A stretch of DNA of 64,000 bases from Candidatus Saccharimonadota bacterium (GTDB lineage: Bacteria > Patescibacteriota > Saccharimonadia > Saccharimonadales > Saccharimonadaceae), in NCBI GenBank assembly GCA_017514805.1, contig JAFWIP010000006.1:59976-123975 (forward strand), read 5' to 3'. The notes under the pieces were generated by a model. That model saw nothing but the letters and a program-made list of their open reading frames with translations. It made no database searches and was not told where the DNA came from. Each line of letters begins with the position of its first letter. Position 1 is the first letter of the stretch. This document shows positions 44,859-56,226 of this stretch, piece after piece. The position numbers and the translations under genes are program-made.

Positions 44859-46412
44859 TTAACAATCAGTTTCGTCGCTATCGGTACAATCCTCAAGCTT
44901 GCTGCTTGCGCCAATCCCAAATTGTTCAAGCAAGCTATTAATATCAAATTGTTCACCCATCGATTCACTTGCAGATTCGATACATGCCTGAACATAGGCT
45001 TCGCCATAATCGCCATAAACTGCTTCGCAGGTCTGCTTAATAATGGCAGTCATTGCGCCAGAAATAGCTTCCTGAACGTCTTCCATCAGCTGTTCGATAC
45101 TCTTTGCGCCAGAAGGCTCTGAGATATCAACCTTGTCATATTTAATCTTTAAATCGAGCGAAGAGCTATTATCGCCTTTAATTTTTACGCCAATAAGCTT
45201 GTGCGACCAAGGAGTAACACCTACCTTCACGACAGTCGTCCCATTATCATCGCTCTCAGAAGCTTTTGCATTGTCTGCATCAATACATTTTCTGAGTGAT
45301 TCAAGAGAGCTGGACTTTGCGTTCTTTACGAACTCGACACCTTCTTTTTTATTAATCTTAATTGTGTAATATTTTGCGCCATCCGATTCTTCGACCTTCG
45401 CATCTTTATCGAGCTCAATGAACGAATGATCTTTGTAACTGTTAGCAATCGCATCCATCGAATCTTGCTCAAATAGGCTACCAAGGTTCTCGAGGACACA
45501 ACCAGCACCGCTGTTATATTCCTTTATATCGTCGGCTTCAATCTTATACCAGCTGCCGTCGACTTTCTCTACGACACTTCCGAGAATCGAAGAAAGTATA
45601 TCGGAGAAATCGGAACCCGAAGCCATAGTCTCATCGAGGTTCAAAGAATCAACCAAATCTTTTAGCCCATCAAGCTTAAAATATAGATTACCTTTATCGA
45701 TGTATGAAGCAGAATATTTTACCTTTATTTCCTGTCCGCCATATGTGACCTCGAACGTACCACTACCGCTAATATTCTTACCGGATCTAGCACCTTCGAT
45801 GTCGAGTTTTACATCCGAACCGTTACTTTTAACCGCTAGGCTACCGTCAATCTTTACGTTATCTTCCTTCCATACATCAGCAAAAGCGTCGCGCAATGCC
45901 ACTTCTGGAGATTCATAAATCATTGCCCAAATCGCAAAGCCAACGCCGCCGCCAATTAGGACTAACGCAACGATAATTAACGTAATGATTAGACCTTTTT
46001 TAGATTTTTTCTTTGGTTCTGGAATTACAGCTTCAGCCGCAGGAGCAGCCTCAGCCTCAACTGGAGTCTCTACCGGTTCTTCGCTCTTAGCGGAACCTAG
46101 AATAGGAGTTGGGTTTTCTTCTTCCATTTGTTCTTCGCCTTTCTCGTTATTATTGTTGTCTTCTGTTTTTTCGTCTTCTTTTTGTTCTTGCTCTTCTGGT
46201 ATTTCTTCCTCAGCTGGCGCTTCAGGCTCTTGCCCCTCCTCTGGAGTATCTTCTTTTTTCTCCTCCTCCGAACTCTCTTTAGTCTCGTCATTCATACTTG
46301 TAAAATCAGAATCTAGGTCACCAGAGCTAATCGTTCCCTCCAGACGATTCTCATCGTCTTCATCGACCTTTCTATCTTCCTCTGGCACTACTGGCTTTTC
46401 GTCATCGCTCAT
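44859..46412 (-). CDS. single-pass membrane protein with ~140-aa Glu-rich N-terminal tail and ~350-aa external domain
   Basis: E/D/K low-complexity N-terminus, the TM segment GLIITLIIVALVLIGGGVGFAIWAMI and an orphan ectodomain. Its ATG shares one nt with the stop codon of 46412-46744. Confidence 0.6.
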   Translation of the reverse strand: MSDDEKPVVPEEDRKVDEDDENRLEGTISSGDLDSDFTSMNDETKESSEEEKKEDTPEEGQEPEAPAEEEIPEEQEQKEDEKTEDNNNNEKGEEQMEEENPTPILGSAKSEEPVETPVEAEAAPAAEAVIPEPKKKSKKGLIITLIIVALVLIGGGVGFAIWAMIYESPEVALRDAFADVWKEDNVKIDGSLAVKSNGSDVKLDIEGARSGKNISGSGTFEVTYGGQEIKVKYSASYIDKGNLYFKLDGLKDLVDSLNLDETMASGSDFSDILSSILGSVVEKVDGSWYKIEADDIKEYNSGAGCVLENLGSLFEQDSMDAIANSYKDHSFIELDKDAKVEESDGAKYYTIKINKKEGVEFVKNAKSSSLESLRKCIDADNAKASESDDNGTTVVKVGVTPWSHKLIGVKIKGDNSSSLDLKIKYDKVDISEPSGAKSIEQLMEDVQEAISGAMTAIIKQTCEAVYGDYGEAYVQACIESASESMGEQFDINSLLEQFGIGASSKLEDCTDSDETDC

Positions 46413-46744
46413 TATTCTTCTCCTTCAGCAGTGTATTTTCCCTCATCGAAGCGGACATTACACTTCGTATGAGCACGCACGCAAGATTCGATCGACTCAT
46501 ATTTATTCAATGTATCGCTCGCGAAACAAAATAGCCATACCGTCAATGCAGCAAAGAAAATCGTCGTACAAGCAAACAATACATAGAAGAATTTAAATTT
46601 GCCCGTAATACGATGGTTCTCTGGATATTTTTCGCGATATAGCGCTCGAACGACCGTTTTTGAACGAGACGATACGCCTTTCTTGGTTGACTTTGAAGAC
46701 TTCGCAGTCGTCTTCTTGGTCACTGGCTGCTTTTTGGTAGCCAT
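46412..46744 (-). CDS. small basic membrane protein (110 aa)
   Basis: K/S/T-rich N-terminus, one or two TM segments and a Cys-containing C-terminus. Its stop overlaps the downstream start. Confidence 0.55.
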   Translation of the reverse strand: MATKKQPVTKKTTAKSSKSTKKGVSSRSKTVVRALYREKYPENHRITGKFKFFYVLFACTTIFFAALTVWLFCFASDTLNKYESIESCVRAHTKCNVRFDEGKYTAEGEE

Positions 46745-46826
46745 TAAAATTGCCCTCCTTTACACTAATTAATTCAATATTAGCATAAACTCTTTATTTT
46801 TTGCAAAATCGCGCCCTAATCCGTGA

Positions 46827-48173
<1,347 letters not shown>

Positions 48174-48185
48174 GGTTTTACCGAC

Positions 48186-48217
48186 AAAAAATAGCCTCCA
48201 TAATGGAGGCTATTTTT
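48186..48217. terminator. bidirectional terminator between convergent genes
   Basis: AAAAA-ATAGCCTCCA-taa-TGGAGGCTAT-TTTT. Confidence 0.85.
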
Positions 48218-48225
48218 AATACTTA

Positions 48226-49200
48226 TTACCAACTCCAATCATCATCATCGTCGTCATCATCATCTTCATCGTCATCATCATCCCAATTCCAATCATCGTC
48301 GTCGTCATCGTCTTTCGCTGAACTTTTACCTTCCAATGCCTTGTCTATAGCATCTTCAATTGCCTTTTTCGTATTCGTAGAGCCATAGAAATCAACTTCC
48401 TCGCCATTCACGATAATCGTTGGGGTTGCAGATACTTTATCTTTTATACCAAGAGTCTTATCATGATCGACTTTCGTTGCAAGATTATCATCTTTAAGAT
48501 CCTTCTTGAACTGCGTCACGTTACCCTTGTTATTCGTGGCTTCCTTGAAGATTTCGACATAAACATTCGTCAATTTGTCGTCGTCATCTTCCATTATCCA
48601 GCCAGTACGACGATCAAACATCTCCGTGAGCATCTCCCAAAAATAATCCTGCTTTCCGGCTGCTTCAACTGCGATTGCTGCTGAACGCGCATTTTTATGA
48701 CCAGGAATTGTATAGTGACGATATACGAATGCCACTTTGCCGCTATATTCTTTATATATCGAATCCATGATTGGCATCATCTGCGCGCATCCAGGACATT
48801 GCAAATCAGCATATTCGATAACAAGCACCTTTGCTTCACGCTTGCCGCGAACATGGTCGCCTATATAGCCATTGCTCGAGCCGCCTTTTTCGATACCAGA
48901 ATTGTCCGACGAAGTACCTTTCTTGTCGTCATCTTTATCATCCTTTTTATCGTCTTTCTTTTCGACTTGAGCCGAACCTGATTTATCTTCGTCGCCCGAA
49001 TTTGTACTGTTATTAATGCTAATCAAAACAACAACTAGCACTACCGCCAACACAATAATGACAGCGCCTAAAATTATCAGGGTAGCAATCAATCCAGTCG
49101 AACGACCGGTCTTCTCTTTTGTTTTTTTCGTCTCTTTAGTATTTGTATTGCTCTTCTTACTACCGGCGGCTAGCACCGACACTTCCTTTTGTCCATCCAT
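48226..49200 (-). CDS. membrane-anchored DsbA-like thiol-disulfide oxidoreductase with poly-Asp/Trp C-terminal tail
   Basis: TM anchor, thioredoxin CXXC (DLQCPGCAQ) and DsbA-like helices (ARSAAIAVEAA). The C-terminus is KDDDDDDDWNWDDDDDEDDDDDDDDDWSW. Confidence 0.8.
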   Translation of the reverse strand: MDGQKEVSVLAAGSKKSNTNTKETKKTKEKTGRSTGLIATLIILGAVIIVLAVVLVVVLISINNSTNSGDEDKSGSAQVEKKDDKKDDKDDDKKGTSSDNSGIEKGGSSNGYIGDHVRGKREAKVLVIEYADLQCPGCAQMMPIMDSIYKEYSGKVAFVYRHYTIPGHKNARSAAIAVEAAGKQDYFWEMLTEMFDRRTGWIMEDDDDKLTNVYVEIFKEATNNKGNVTQFKKDLKDDNLATKVDHDKTLGIKDKVSATPTIIVNGEEVDFYGSTNTKKAIEDAIDKALEGKSSAKDDDDDDDWNWDDDDDEDDDDDDDDDWSW

Positions 49201-49226
49201 ACTTCTATAGTACTATATGGACGCAA

Positions 49227-50000
49227 TTATTCTAAGGCTTTTTCAATCCTTTGAGCCATCAGCTCTTCTACACTAAGCTCGCTTTCCGAGAATTCTATAT
49301 CTGCGCTATCAACAATAATTGTCGGCGTTGCATTTATGTTATCTTTACGTCCTGTACTATGGTCGTTATCTACTTTTTTCGCAAGATTCTCATTGCTCAG
49401 ATCTTTCACGAAACGCTCTTTATCGCCCTTTCCGTTTGTTGCTTCTTCAAACACTTCGGTCAAGCGCTGAGTTAAACGTTCTTCGCTATTCACATATGCC
49501 CAATCGCCACGATTTTCGAAAGTTTTATTCAACATTTCCCAATAATAACCTTGCGCGGCGGCAGCCTCAACTGCGATTGCGGCTGAGCGAGCATAGTCAT
49601 GACCTTCGATTACGAAATAGCGAATAATAAATTCTGCTTTGTCTTTATATTTTTCAAACACTCTCCGATAATAAGGCATCATCTGCGCACATGCCGGACA
49701 TTGCATATCAACATACATTACGACCGTGGCTTTCGATCCTTGCTTGCCCATCACATGGTCGCCATCCAGTGCTTTGCCATAATGTTTCTGAACCGTAGTC
49801 TTCTTATTAGCTTGTAACGCACCACGCACATTTTCTGCTACTTCATTCTTCTCTGCACAAGTCCTCGGCATCGTTAATGCCGCTACTAGCAAGAGAATAA
49901 TCACGGTCTGAGTAATAATTGTTACAATCGCCAAAGTAGCCTTCGCGGAAGCCTTATTTGCCCTACCCTTTACATTATTCTTTATCTTTTTTGTCGTCAT
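49227..50000 (-). CDS. membrane-anchored DsbA-like thiol-disulfide oxidoreductase (paralog)
   Basis: Start is at MTTKKIKNN, directly after the upstream stop. It has a TM anchor, DMQCPACAQ and ARSAAIAVEAAAAQGYYWEM. Confidence 0.8.
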   Translation of the reverse strand: MTTKKIKNNVKGRANKASAKATLAIVTIITQTVIILLLVAALTMPRTCAEKNEVAENVRGALQANKKTTVQKHYGKALDGDHVMGKQGSKATVVMYVDMQCPACAQMMPYYRRVFEKYKDKAEFIIRYFVIEGHDYARSAAIAVEAAAAQGYYWEMLNKTFENRGDWAYVNSEERLTQRLTEVFEEATNGKGDKERFVKDLSNENLAKKVDNDHSTGRKDNINATPTIIVDSADIEFSESELSVEELMAQRIEKALE

Positions 50001-50464
50001 AATAATGCAACACCTAGAGCGCTTGCTGACATCATAATAATTCCAGCAAGCAATACTCCAATCATCACGGCAATTGCAGACTTTTTGAGGCCAAAGCCCA
50101 AGAAGCTTGCCGCAAGCGTTCCCGTCCAAGCGCCTGTACCTGGAATTGGAATCCCTACAAATAGCATCAAAGCAATAAATGCGCCTTTTTCGCCCGCCTT
50201 TGCCGATAATTTTTTACCCGCACGATGCCCTTTCTTTAAACACCAAGAGCAAAACTTGCCAATTACCTTCTTATCTTTGCCCCACTCAAGAAACTTTGCT
50301 GCAAATAGATAAATAAATGGTACTGGCAACATATTACCGACAATACAAACAATATACGAAGGGATAATCGGCATTCCCCAAATCTGCGACACCGGAATTG
50401 CGCCACGGAGCTCAATCAGCGGCACCATTGAAATAAGAAAGATTTTTACAAAATTCCAAAACAT
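49997..50464 (-). CDS. small multidrug-export-like membrane protein (Sm_multidrug_ex family)
   Basis: MVPLIELRGAIPV N-terminal motif and 4 TM segments. Confidence 0.65.
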   Translation of the reverse strand: MFWNFVKIFLISMVPLIELRGAIPVSQIWGMPIIPSYIVCIVGNMLPVPFIYLFAAKFLEWGKDKKVIGKFCSWCLKKGHRAGKKLSAKAGEKGAFIALMLFVGIPIPGTGAWTGTLAASFLGFGLKKSAIAVMIGVLLAGIIMMSASALGVALL

Positions 50465-50466
50465 TA

Positions 50467-51726
50467 CTATCTATCGTACCCCGGTTTACCTAATAATTCA
50501 AACATGCGCGTCTTATAAGCCTCAACACCTGGCTGATTGAATGGATTTACGCCAAGCGTAAACGCACTGAGCGCACAAGCAAGCTCAAAGAAATAGATTA
50601 ATCCGCCCATCGCGCGCTCGTCTAGCGCCGGCATAATCACGCGCATAATTGGAACACCGCCAGCCTCATGCGCCTCGCGCGTAGCCTGGTTTGCAATCTT
50701 GCAAATTTCATCCAATTCACGACCTTCTAGGTATTTAAGCCCATCTAAATTCTCTTCCGAAACAGGTACTTTTGCGCCAGAATAGCTATCAGTCACCTCA
50801 ACGAAAGTCTCAAACAAGGCACGTCGTCCTTCCTGTAGATATTGCCCCATTGAATGGAGATCGGTTGAATAGACGACGCTCGCTGGGAAAAGTCCTTTGC
50901 TTTCTTTCCCCTCACTCTCGCCAAATAATTGCTTCCACCATTCATTAAAGTACATAAAGTTCGGCTCAAAGTTTGCCAAAACTTCGATATTGTAATCTTT
51001 TTCAAGCATTACGTTACGCAATACTGCATACTCTGCCGCCTTACCACCATCAGAAATCGTCGCCGCCCGCTCTTCCTCGGCGCCATCCATTAACTTATCA
51101 ATACTAATGCCTGCCGCAGCAATCGCTAATAAGCCAACTGCCGTCAAAACCGAATAACGACCGCCAATATTATCAGGAACTACAAAAGTTGCATATCCTT
51201 TGGCAACTGCCTCGTCATGCAATGCACCCTTGTTAGCATCCGTCGTTGCATAGATGCGCTTTGCTGCTTTCTCTTCACCATATTTCTCAATTAAGAGTTT
51301 CTTAAAAGTACGGAAAGCAACAGCCGGCTCCGTCGTCGTACCAGACTTCGAAATCACATTAATTGAGAAATCTGCGTCACCAATCTGACGAATAACCTGT
51401 TCTAGGCCACGCGCACTAAGCGAATTGCCGGCATAGAGAATCTTCGTTCGGCCGCGCTCGCCGCCAAGCGCCTCGATAACTGCACGATGGCCAAGATAGC
51501 TACCGCCAATCCCAATACATATAAGATAATCAGAATCGCTTTGAATCTGCTCAGCGGCCGCCTTAATTCGCGCAAACTCATCTTTGTCATACTTAACTGG
51601 TAAATCCAACCAGCCACCAAAATCATCTTGCTCAATGCGAGCCATATACTGTCGCGTCTGGCTTACTCGTTCCTCCAATTCTTCAGTCGAAATATACTTC
51701 TTATAATCGCAACTAAAATCAATCAT
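50467..51726 (-). CDS. pgi: glucose-6-phosphate isomerase (short form)
   Basis: IGIGGSYLG, VISKSGTTTEP, GGRYS and NPFNQPGVE. Confidence 0.93.
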   Translation of the reverse strand: MIDFSCDYKKYISTEELEERVSQTRQYMARIEQDDFGGWLDLPVKYDKDEFARIKAAAEQIQSDSDYLICIGIGGSYLGHRAVIEALGGERGRTKILYAGNSLSARGLEQVIRQIGDADFSINVISKSGTTTEPAVAFRTFKKLLIEKYGEEKAAKRIYATTDANKGALHDEAVAKGYATFVVPDNIGGRYSVLTAVGLLAIAAAGISIDKLMDGAEEERAATISDGGKAAEYAVLRNVMLEKDYNIEVLANFEPNFMYFNEWWKQLFGESEGKESKGLFPASVVYSTDLHSMGQYLQEGRRALFETFVEVTDSYSGAKVPVSEENLDGLKYLEGRELDEICKIANQATREAHEAGGVPIMRVIMPALDERAMGGLIYFFELACALSAFTLGVNPFNQPGVEAYKTRMFELLGKPGYDR

Positions 51727-51795
51727 AATACCTCCACAATTCTTATATTTATTTTACCACAACAAAAAGCCTCAGACTAACTGAGGCTTCGATTA

Positions 51796-52857
51796 TTAAA
51801 GACTAACTGCAATATCATGTAGATCACTAGAGCTAAGTGAACCAGAATCGTCTTGAATTATATAGAATACGCCTCCATTCACCCAAGCCGCATTCGAATC
51901 AGACACATAAATCGTCAAACCTTGACCTTTCGCAATTGAATAGCTCGCACCCCAATTCTTTTCGACGTAGTTCATTAGCACTGCTTCTGAATCCCAAGAA
52001 GACTTCTCTTCCATCAGCGTAAACTTTTGGTCGCGGTCATTTTTGAAAGCCATCGTAATACGACCATTCTCTTCTTTTACTAGACCGTCTAGGCGATAAG
52101 ATGCTGGAACATAGCTAGGATACGCCTTCTCGATTCCGCTATGCATGGCTGCAACACGAACAGAAATATCCGGCAAATTAACGCTCACTAAATAACCAAG
52201 TAACACTAACGAAACGACAGCCATCGAAGCTGCAGCGACAAATTTCTTACGCTGCCAGAAATGCTGCTTTTGCGCCTTCTCTTGCTGCTGTTCTTCTTCG
52301 CTCATCGCAGAAACTTTCTGTAACGCGCGCTGAATTGCCTGATCTTTTAGCTCGCGTGCCGACATCTGCTGCGGTGCCGCCGCCTTACGTGCTACCATGC
52401 GAGCCTTAGCGACCTTTGCAACGCGAGTGTCCTGCGCCGGCGCAATCTGCTCATCTCTTGCAAAATCAGCCTGCACTGTAGCCAAATCTTTCAACGAAAA
52501 AGCGCTAGTCGAAGCACGCGAAACAAACTTTTCTTCCTGCGCTTTTTGCGTGGATAATTGTTTTTCTGCCTGCTGAACAACTTTTTCAGTCTCCTGCGCA
52601 ACTTCGATTTTCTTCTCAGCTTGCTGAGTAGGCTGGAGCTTTACGAGCTGACCTTTTGAAATCAAAATTTTCTTATTAGTCTGATTCTTTAGCGTACGAG
52701 ATGCAGCACCTGCCGAAGCCTTAATTCTAGGTGCAGGAGTAGGCTTCTTCACGAAGCGACGATTAAGGGTAGTCGAGCTCTGTAAACGACGTCTATTAAC
52801 CGAGCCTGCGCTCTTTGCGCCCGCTGATTTCGAAACTCTGACTTTGACCTCGTCCAT
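51796..52857 (-). CDS. single-pass membrane protein with DUF4367-like external domain
   Basis: Long basic and coiled N-terminal half, one TM segment, then YPSYVPASYRLDG..., as in anti-sigma/DUF4367-type domains. The call is weak. Confidence 0.5.
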   Translation of the reverse strand: MDEVKVRVSKSAGAKSAGSVNRRRLQSSTTLNRRFVKKPTPAPRIKASAGAASRTLKNQTNKKILISKGQLVKLQPTQQAEKKIEVAQETEKVVQQAEKQLSTQKAQEEKFVSRASTSAFSLKDLATVQADFARDEQIAPAQDTRVAKVAKARMVARKAAAPQQMSARELKDQAIQRALQKVSAMSEEEQQQEKAQKQHFWQRKKFVAAASMAVVSLVLLGYLVSVNLPDISVRVAAMHSGIEKAYPSYVPASYRLDGLVKEENGRITMAFKNDRDQKFTLMEEKSSWDSEAVLMNYVEKNWGASYSIAKGQGLTIYVSDSNAAWVNGGVFYIIQDDSGSLSSSDLHDIAVSL

Positions 52858-52981
52858 ACTACCTCACTTAATTCTGCTAATGTTATCTTAAAACATAAGC
52901 ATAGATAAATCAATAGCATTTTAAAATATTTGTTCAATCTTTTAAGCATTAGCATTTTACGTGATATAATATACTTAATAT

Positions 52982-54520
52982 ATGGATCGTGCAAAAGCAA
53001 AGAAGATTCGCAATATTCGCGTTATCGCTACTAATATTTTCATGAGCATTTCTGTAGTTGCGATTGTTTTTGTTTTAATGCTTATCGCCATGGGCTTCAC
53101 CTTTAATGAATCTGGTGGCCTAGAACAGGCTGGCCTAGCGCAAATCGTGTCCCATCCATCTGGCGCCAATGTAGAAATCGACGGCAACAACCAGATTAGC
53201 CGTACTGAATTTAGTAAAATGCTCAGTGCCGGCAAGCATAAAATCCGCATCTCGAAATCCGGCTATGATGCTTGGGAAAAAGACCTCAAAATCGATGCCG
53301 GTCTCCTTACGAGAGTTGAATGGGTTCGCCTCTTTCCTAAGCACTTCGAAAGTAATGAGGTATTGAATTTTGACAACCTTCAATTCGCTAGCTTTTCCGC
53401 CGACCGCAAACATCTCCTCGCCCTCGAAAAAGACAGCTCAACCCTCAAATATATCGACATTCAAGCCGACCAGCCGCACGGCAATGACCTATCACTAAAA
53501 GAATGCTTAAACGGCAAAAATAAACTAGGCCAAAATAGCACTTTCTCTATCATCTCTTGGAATGACGACAACTCTAAGGTAATTGCAAAATTAACCACCG
53601 ACGACAAGAGCAGCTGGCATATTATTAATCTCAATCACCCAGATCGCAGTGTTAACCTCACCCAAAAATTTAATCTTGATTTTGAGAGTATTTTAATCGC
53701 AAATGATTCCGCAAGTAAGCTTTGGGTTCTAGAAAACGGTAATCTTCGCATTATCGACGTCGACAATCTAACAATATCTGGCTCCATCGCATCAAATATT
53801 CTTAAAATCGCTCATAACAAGAACGTTGCTTCATTCATTAATTACGAAGAAAAGACCAACGACAAAAATGAACCCGTCAAGGAGTATCGTCTTAATGTGT
53901 TTAAAGAGGGTGAGCAAGGATACACTACCGTTGCCGACCTTAGTAACATTAACGACGAAACCGTATTCCGTCTAACGATGGGAACTTATTGGAGCGAAGA
54001 ATGGCTCGCCTATAGCGTCGATGAGCAGCTTGTTATTATTAGCGGCAAATATCCAAGCTACGAAAAAGACAAAGCCTCATCTCTTAAGGAGCGCCTTAAT
54101 CATAGATTAGGATTTACGCCGCAGCTCGCTAGCGTCAATGCCAATCAACGCATCCTAATTCTTGCCGGCGACGAGAATATGTTTAGCTATGACCTTGAAA
54201 CGAAAGATAATTATTCTATCAAAATCGCTTCAAAGCTCACTAATATCACCTGGCTCGACGATTATCTTCTCTGGCAAAACATAGATAACGCTATCGTCAC
54301 ACGTGATTTTGACGGCGATAACCGTCGCGAAATAGTCCCTAATGTTAGTAATCCATTCCCTGCCGTAATCAGTGAAAACAACCGCTACCTTTACTATTTT
54401 GATATGACCGAAACAGAATCGGTCACAGAAGGCACTGACAGCCCTTCTGACGCCGATCCAACCACGAACACGGAAAAGAACCTTAAATATATACTAAAGC
54501 GCCAGAAACTCGAAATATAG
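52982..54520 (+). CDS. PEGA-domain membrane protein with beta-propeller-like C-terminal region
   Basis: TM anchor, and IVSHPSGANVEIDGN...GKHKIRISKSGYDAWEKDL is a PEGA domain. Confidence 0.65.
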   Translation: MDRAKAKKIRNIRVIATNIFMSISVVAIVFVLMLIAMGFTFNESGGLEQAGLAQIVSHPSGANVEIDGNNQISRTEFSKMLSAGKHKIRISKSGYDAWEKDLKIDAGLLTRVEWVRLFPKHFESNEVLNFDNLQFASFSADRKHLLALEKDSSTLKYIDIQADQPHGNDLSLKECLNGKNKLGQNSTFSIISWNDDNSKVIAKLTTDDKSSWHIINLNHPDRSVNLTQKFNLDFESILIANDSASKLWVLENGNLRIIDVDNLTISGSIASNILKIAHNKNVASFINYEEKTNDKNEPVKEYRLNVFKEGEQGYTTVADLSNINDETVFRLTMGTYWSEEWLAYSVDEQLVIISGKYPSYEKDKASSLKERLNHRLGFTPQLASVNANQRILILAGDENMFSYDLETKDNYSIKIASKLTNITWLDDYLLWQNIDNAIVTRDFDGDNRREIVPNVSNPFPAVISENNRYLYYFDMTETESVTEGTDSPSDADPTTNTEKNLKYILKRQKLEI

Positions 54521-54593
54521 CCTTAAGCAGAATATGCCAATAACTCCTCTGATTCACAGAGGAGTTATTTTTATGCTCTCAATAATAATTACC

Positions 54594-55862
54594 CTAGCTT
54601 TGACCAGTTAACCATTTCCAGAACTGTTCTAAAGGAGAATCGTCATTCTTTGGCATTTCACCAGTACTCTCCTCTACCTCCTCAGGCTGGTCCTCCACAG
54701 GAGCGCCTTCATAGCTTGGATGAATTTGCTCGCCGTATACTAATAAGCGATATTTAGACGTGCCGAGAGGCGTACAGGTAATAAGTGTAATCATAGGCTT
54801 ACCACTATTATCGGAAGCAATCGCACGCAAAGCGCCAACATCAGACGGATCAACCGTGCGCGTACCAGTTACTCGATACGTATAGCGTTGCGAATTATAG
54901 TCCATGTAGATCAAATCGCCCGCACCCATACGCGTCAATCCTGAAAAGATAAACTTATAGTCTGACGTTTCGTAGACATTTCCAGCCGAGTGACCAGAGA
55001 TAACGAAATTACCAATCTCTCCAGGCTTGGCCTGAGCGCCAGGCACTGCAAAGTGCGCAACACCGTTAGTCATCGCCGCCGCCATCGACTTCACATCATT
55101 TTTCGCGCCAAATACTACCGGCACTTCAACATTCAACTTCGGAATCATTAAAGTCGGATTCTCGTGAACACTCGCCGATACCGTCGGATCGATGGCGGTT
55201 ATGTCGTTCACTTCAGAGCCGCCAGGCGACATAAACGCTACTGCGTTCGCAATAATCACCTGGTTATACTGGAACAGTAATCCTAAAACTAGAATAGATA
55301 AGCCAATCGTAAGTGGAATAAAGTGACGCGACTTTCGCATTTTCTTTGCGCGCTTAGCGACTTTTTTCTGAATCTTAGACTTAAATTCGTCAGCGGCATT
55401 TTTTGTCGTTTTTTCTTCATCTTGCTGGATCTTCTCCGCCGTAGATGCAATTACGCTACGTTCCGATTCCGCAGCCTTCAAATCGCGATCCGCTAAATCG
55501 CGCTCATATTTCAAACGCTCTCGTGCAACATATTCCTTTGCTGCTCTGCCATAATATTCGCCATAATACTTCTGGTAATAATCTTGCCATGCCGAATGAT
55601 ACTTCCGCCAATCTTCTGCCCTCACTTGAGGCATTGCGGAAGTCTGTTGCTTCGCTGGCTCGCGATAATTCTGAGACTGTCTCTTGTAGGCATCTAGGAC
55701 TTTTTGGCGCGCAATGTTTGCGACCGTCCTCTGCTGTCTTTGAGCAGAAGATAATACTTTCGTCGCTACTTTCTTCTTACGTTTGGCGTTTTTTGCCGCT
55801 GCATCATCCCAAGCGCTAACGCCGGGACGAATACTAGACTGCCCACCATTTTTATTATCCAT
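54594..55862 (-). CDS. sortase with ~190-aa basic cytoplasmic N-terminal extension
   Basis: TM segment, then ISGHSAG (His), ITLITCTP (Cys) and YRLLVYG (Arg region). Confidence 0.85.
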   Translation of the reverse strand: MDNKNGGQSSIRPGVSAWDDAAAKNAKRKKKVATKVLSSAQRQQRTVANIARQKVLDAYKRQSQNYREPAKQQTSAMPQVRAEDWRKYHSAWQDYYQKYYGEYYGRAAKEYVARERLKYERDLADRDLKAAESERSVIASTAEKIQQDEEKTTKNAADEFKSKIQKKVAKRAKKMRKSRHFIPLTIGLSILVLGLLFQYNQVIIANAVAFMSPGGSEVNDITAIDPTVSASVHENPTLMIPKLNVEVPVVFGAKNDVKSMAAAMTNGVAHFAVPGAQAKPGEIGNFVISGHSAGNVYETSDYKFIFSGLTRMGAGDLIYMDYNSQRYTYRVTGTRTVDPSDVGALRAIASDNSGKPMITLITCTPLGTSKYRLLVYGEQIHPSYEGAPVEDQPEEVEESTGEMPKNDDSPLEQFWKWLTGQS

Positions 55863-55923
55863 TTCTCTTATTCTAGCATAAGGGGAGATTTTATGCTAAA
55901 CTAATATTGTTCTTTTTCAATAT

Positions 55924-56010
55924 GCGCGAGTGGTGGAATTGGTAGACACGCTAGACTCAAAATCTTGTGACAGCAATGTCGTGAGGGTTCAAGTCCCTCC
56001 TCGCGCACCA
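55924..56010 (+). tRNA. tRNA-Leu (anticodon CAA), long variable arm, CCA encoded
   Basis: GCGCGAGTGGTGGAATTGGTAGACACG-CTAGA-CTCAAAA-TCTTG-TGACAGCAATGTCGT-GAGGGTTCAAGTCCCTCCTCGCGCACCA. Confidence 0.9.
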
Positions 56011-56020
56011 TGCGCAAAAT

Positions 56021-56041
56021 ATGGCCTTTAGGCCATTTTTT
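56021..56041 (+). terminator. terminator of tRNA-Leu(CAA)
   Basis: ATGGCC-ttta-GGCCAT-TTTTT. Confidence 0.75.
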
Positions 56042-56052
56042 GATGCATAATT

Positions 56053-56196
56053 CGAGGAGGGGCGCAGAACCCGTAGGGTGCAAACGAGGTAGGAGCCGAG
56101 CGAAAAAAGAAATACTTGTATTTCGATTTTTCCGAGGCGACGCCCCGAGACGTAACTTTCGCACTAGCGAAAGTGAGTGCCCCTCCTCGCGCACCA
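56053..56196 (+). other. GC-rich structured insert ending in an exact 16-nt copy of the tRNA-Leu(CAA) 3' end
   Basis: CCCTCCTCGCGCACCA occurs at 55995-56010 and again at 56181-56196. An 11-bp helix pairs 56053-56063 with 56179-56189. Internal hairpins are ACCC-gta-GGGT, GAAATAC-ttg-TATTTC and CTTTCGC-acta-GCGAAAG. Confidence 0.7.
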
Positions 56197-56226
56197 ATAA
56201 AAAAACGACCCCCGAAGGGTCATTTT

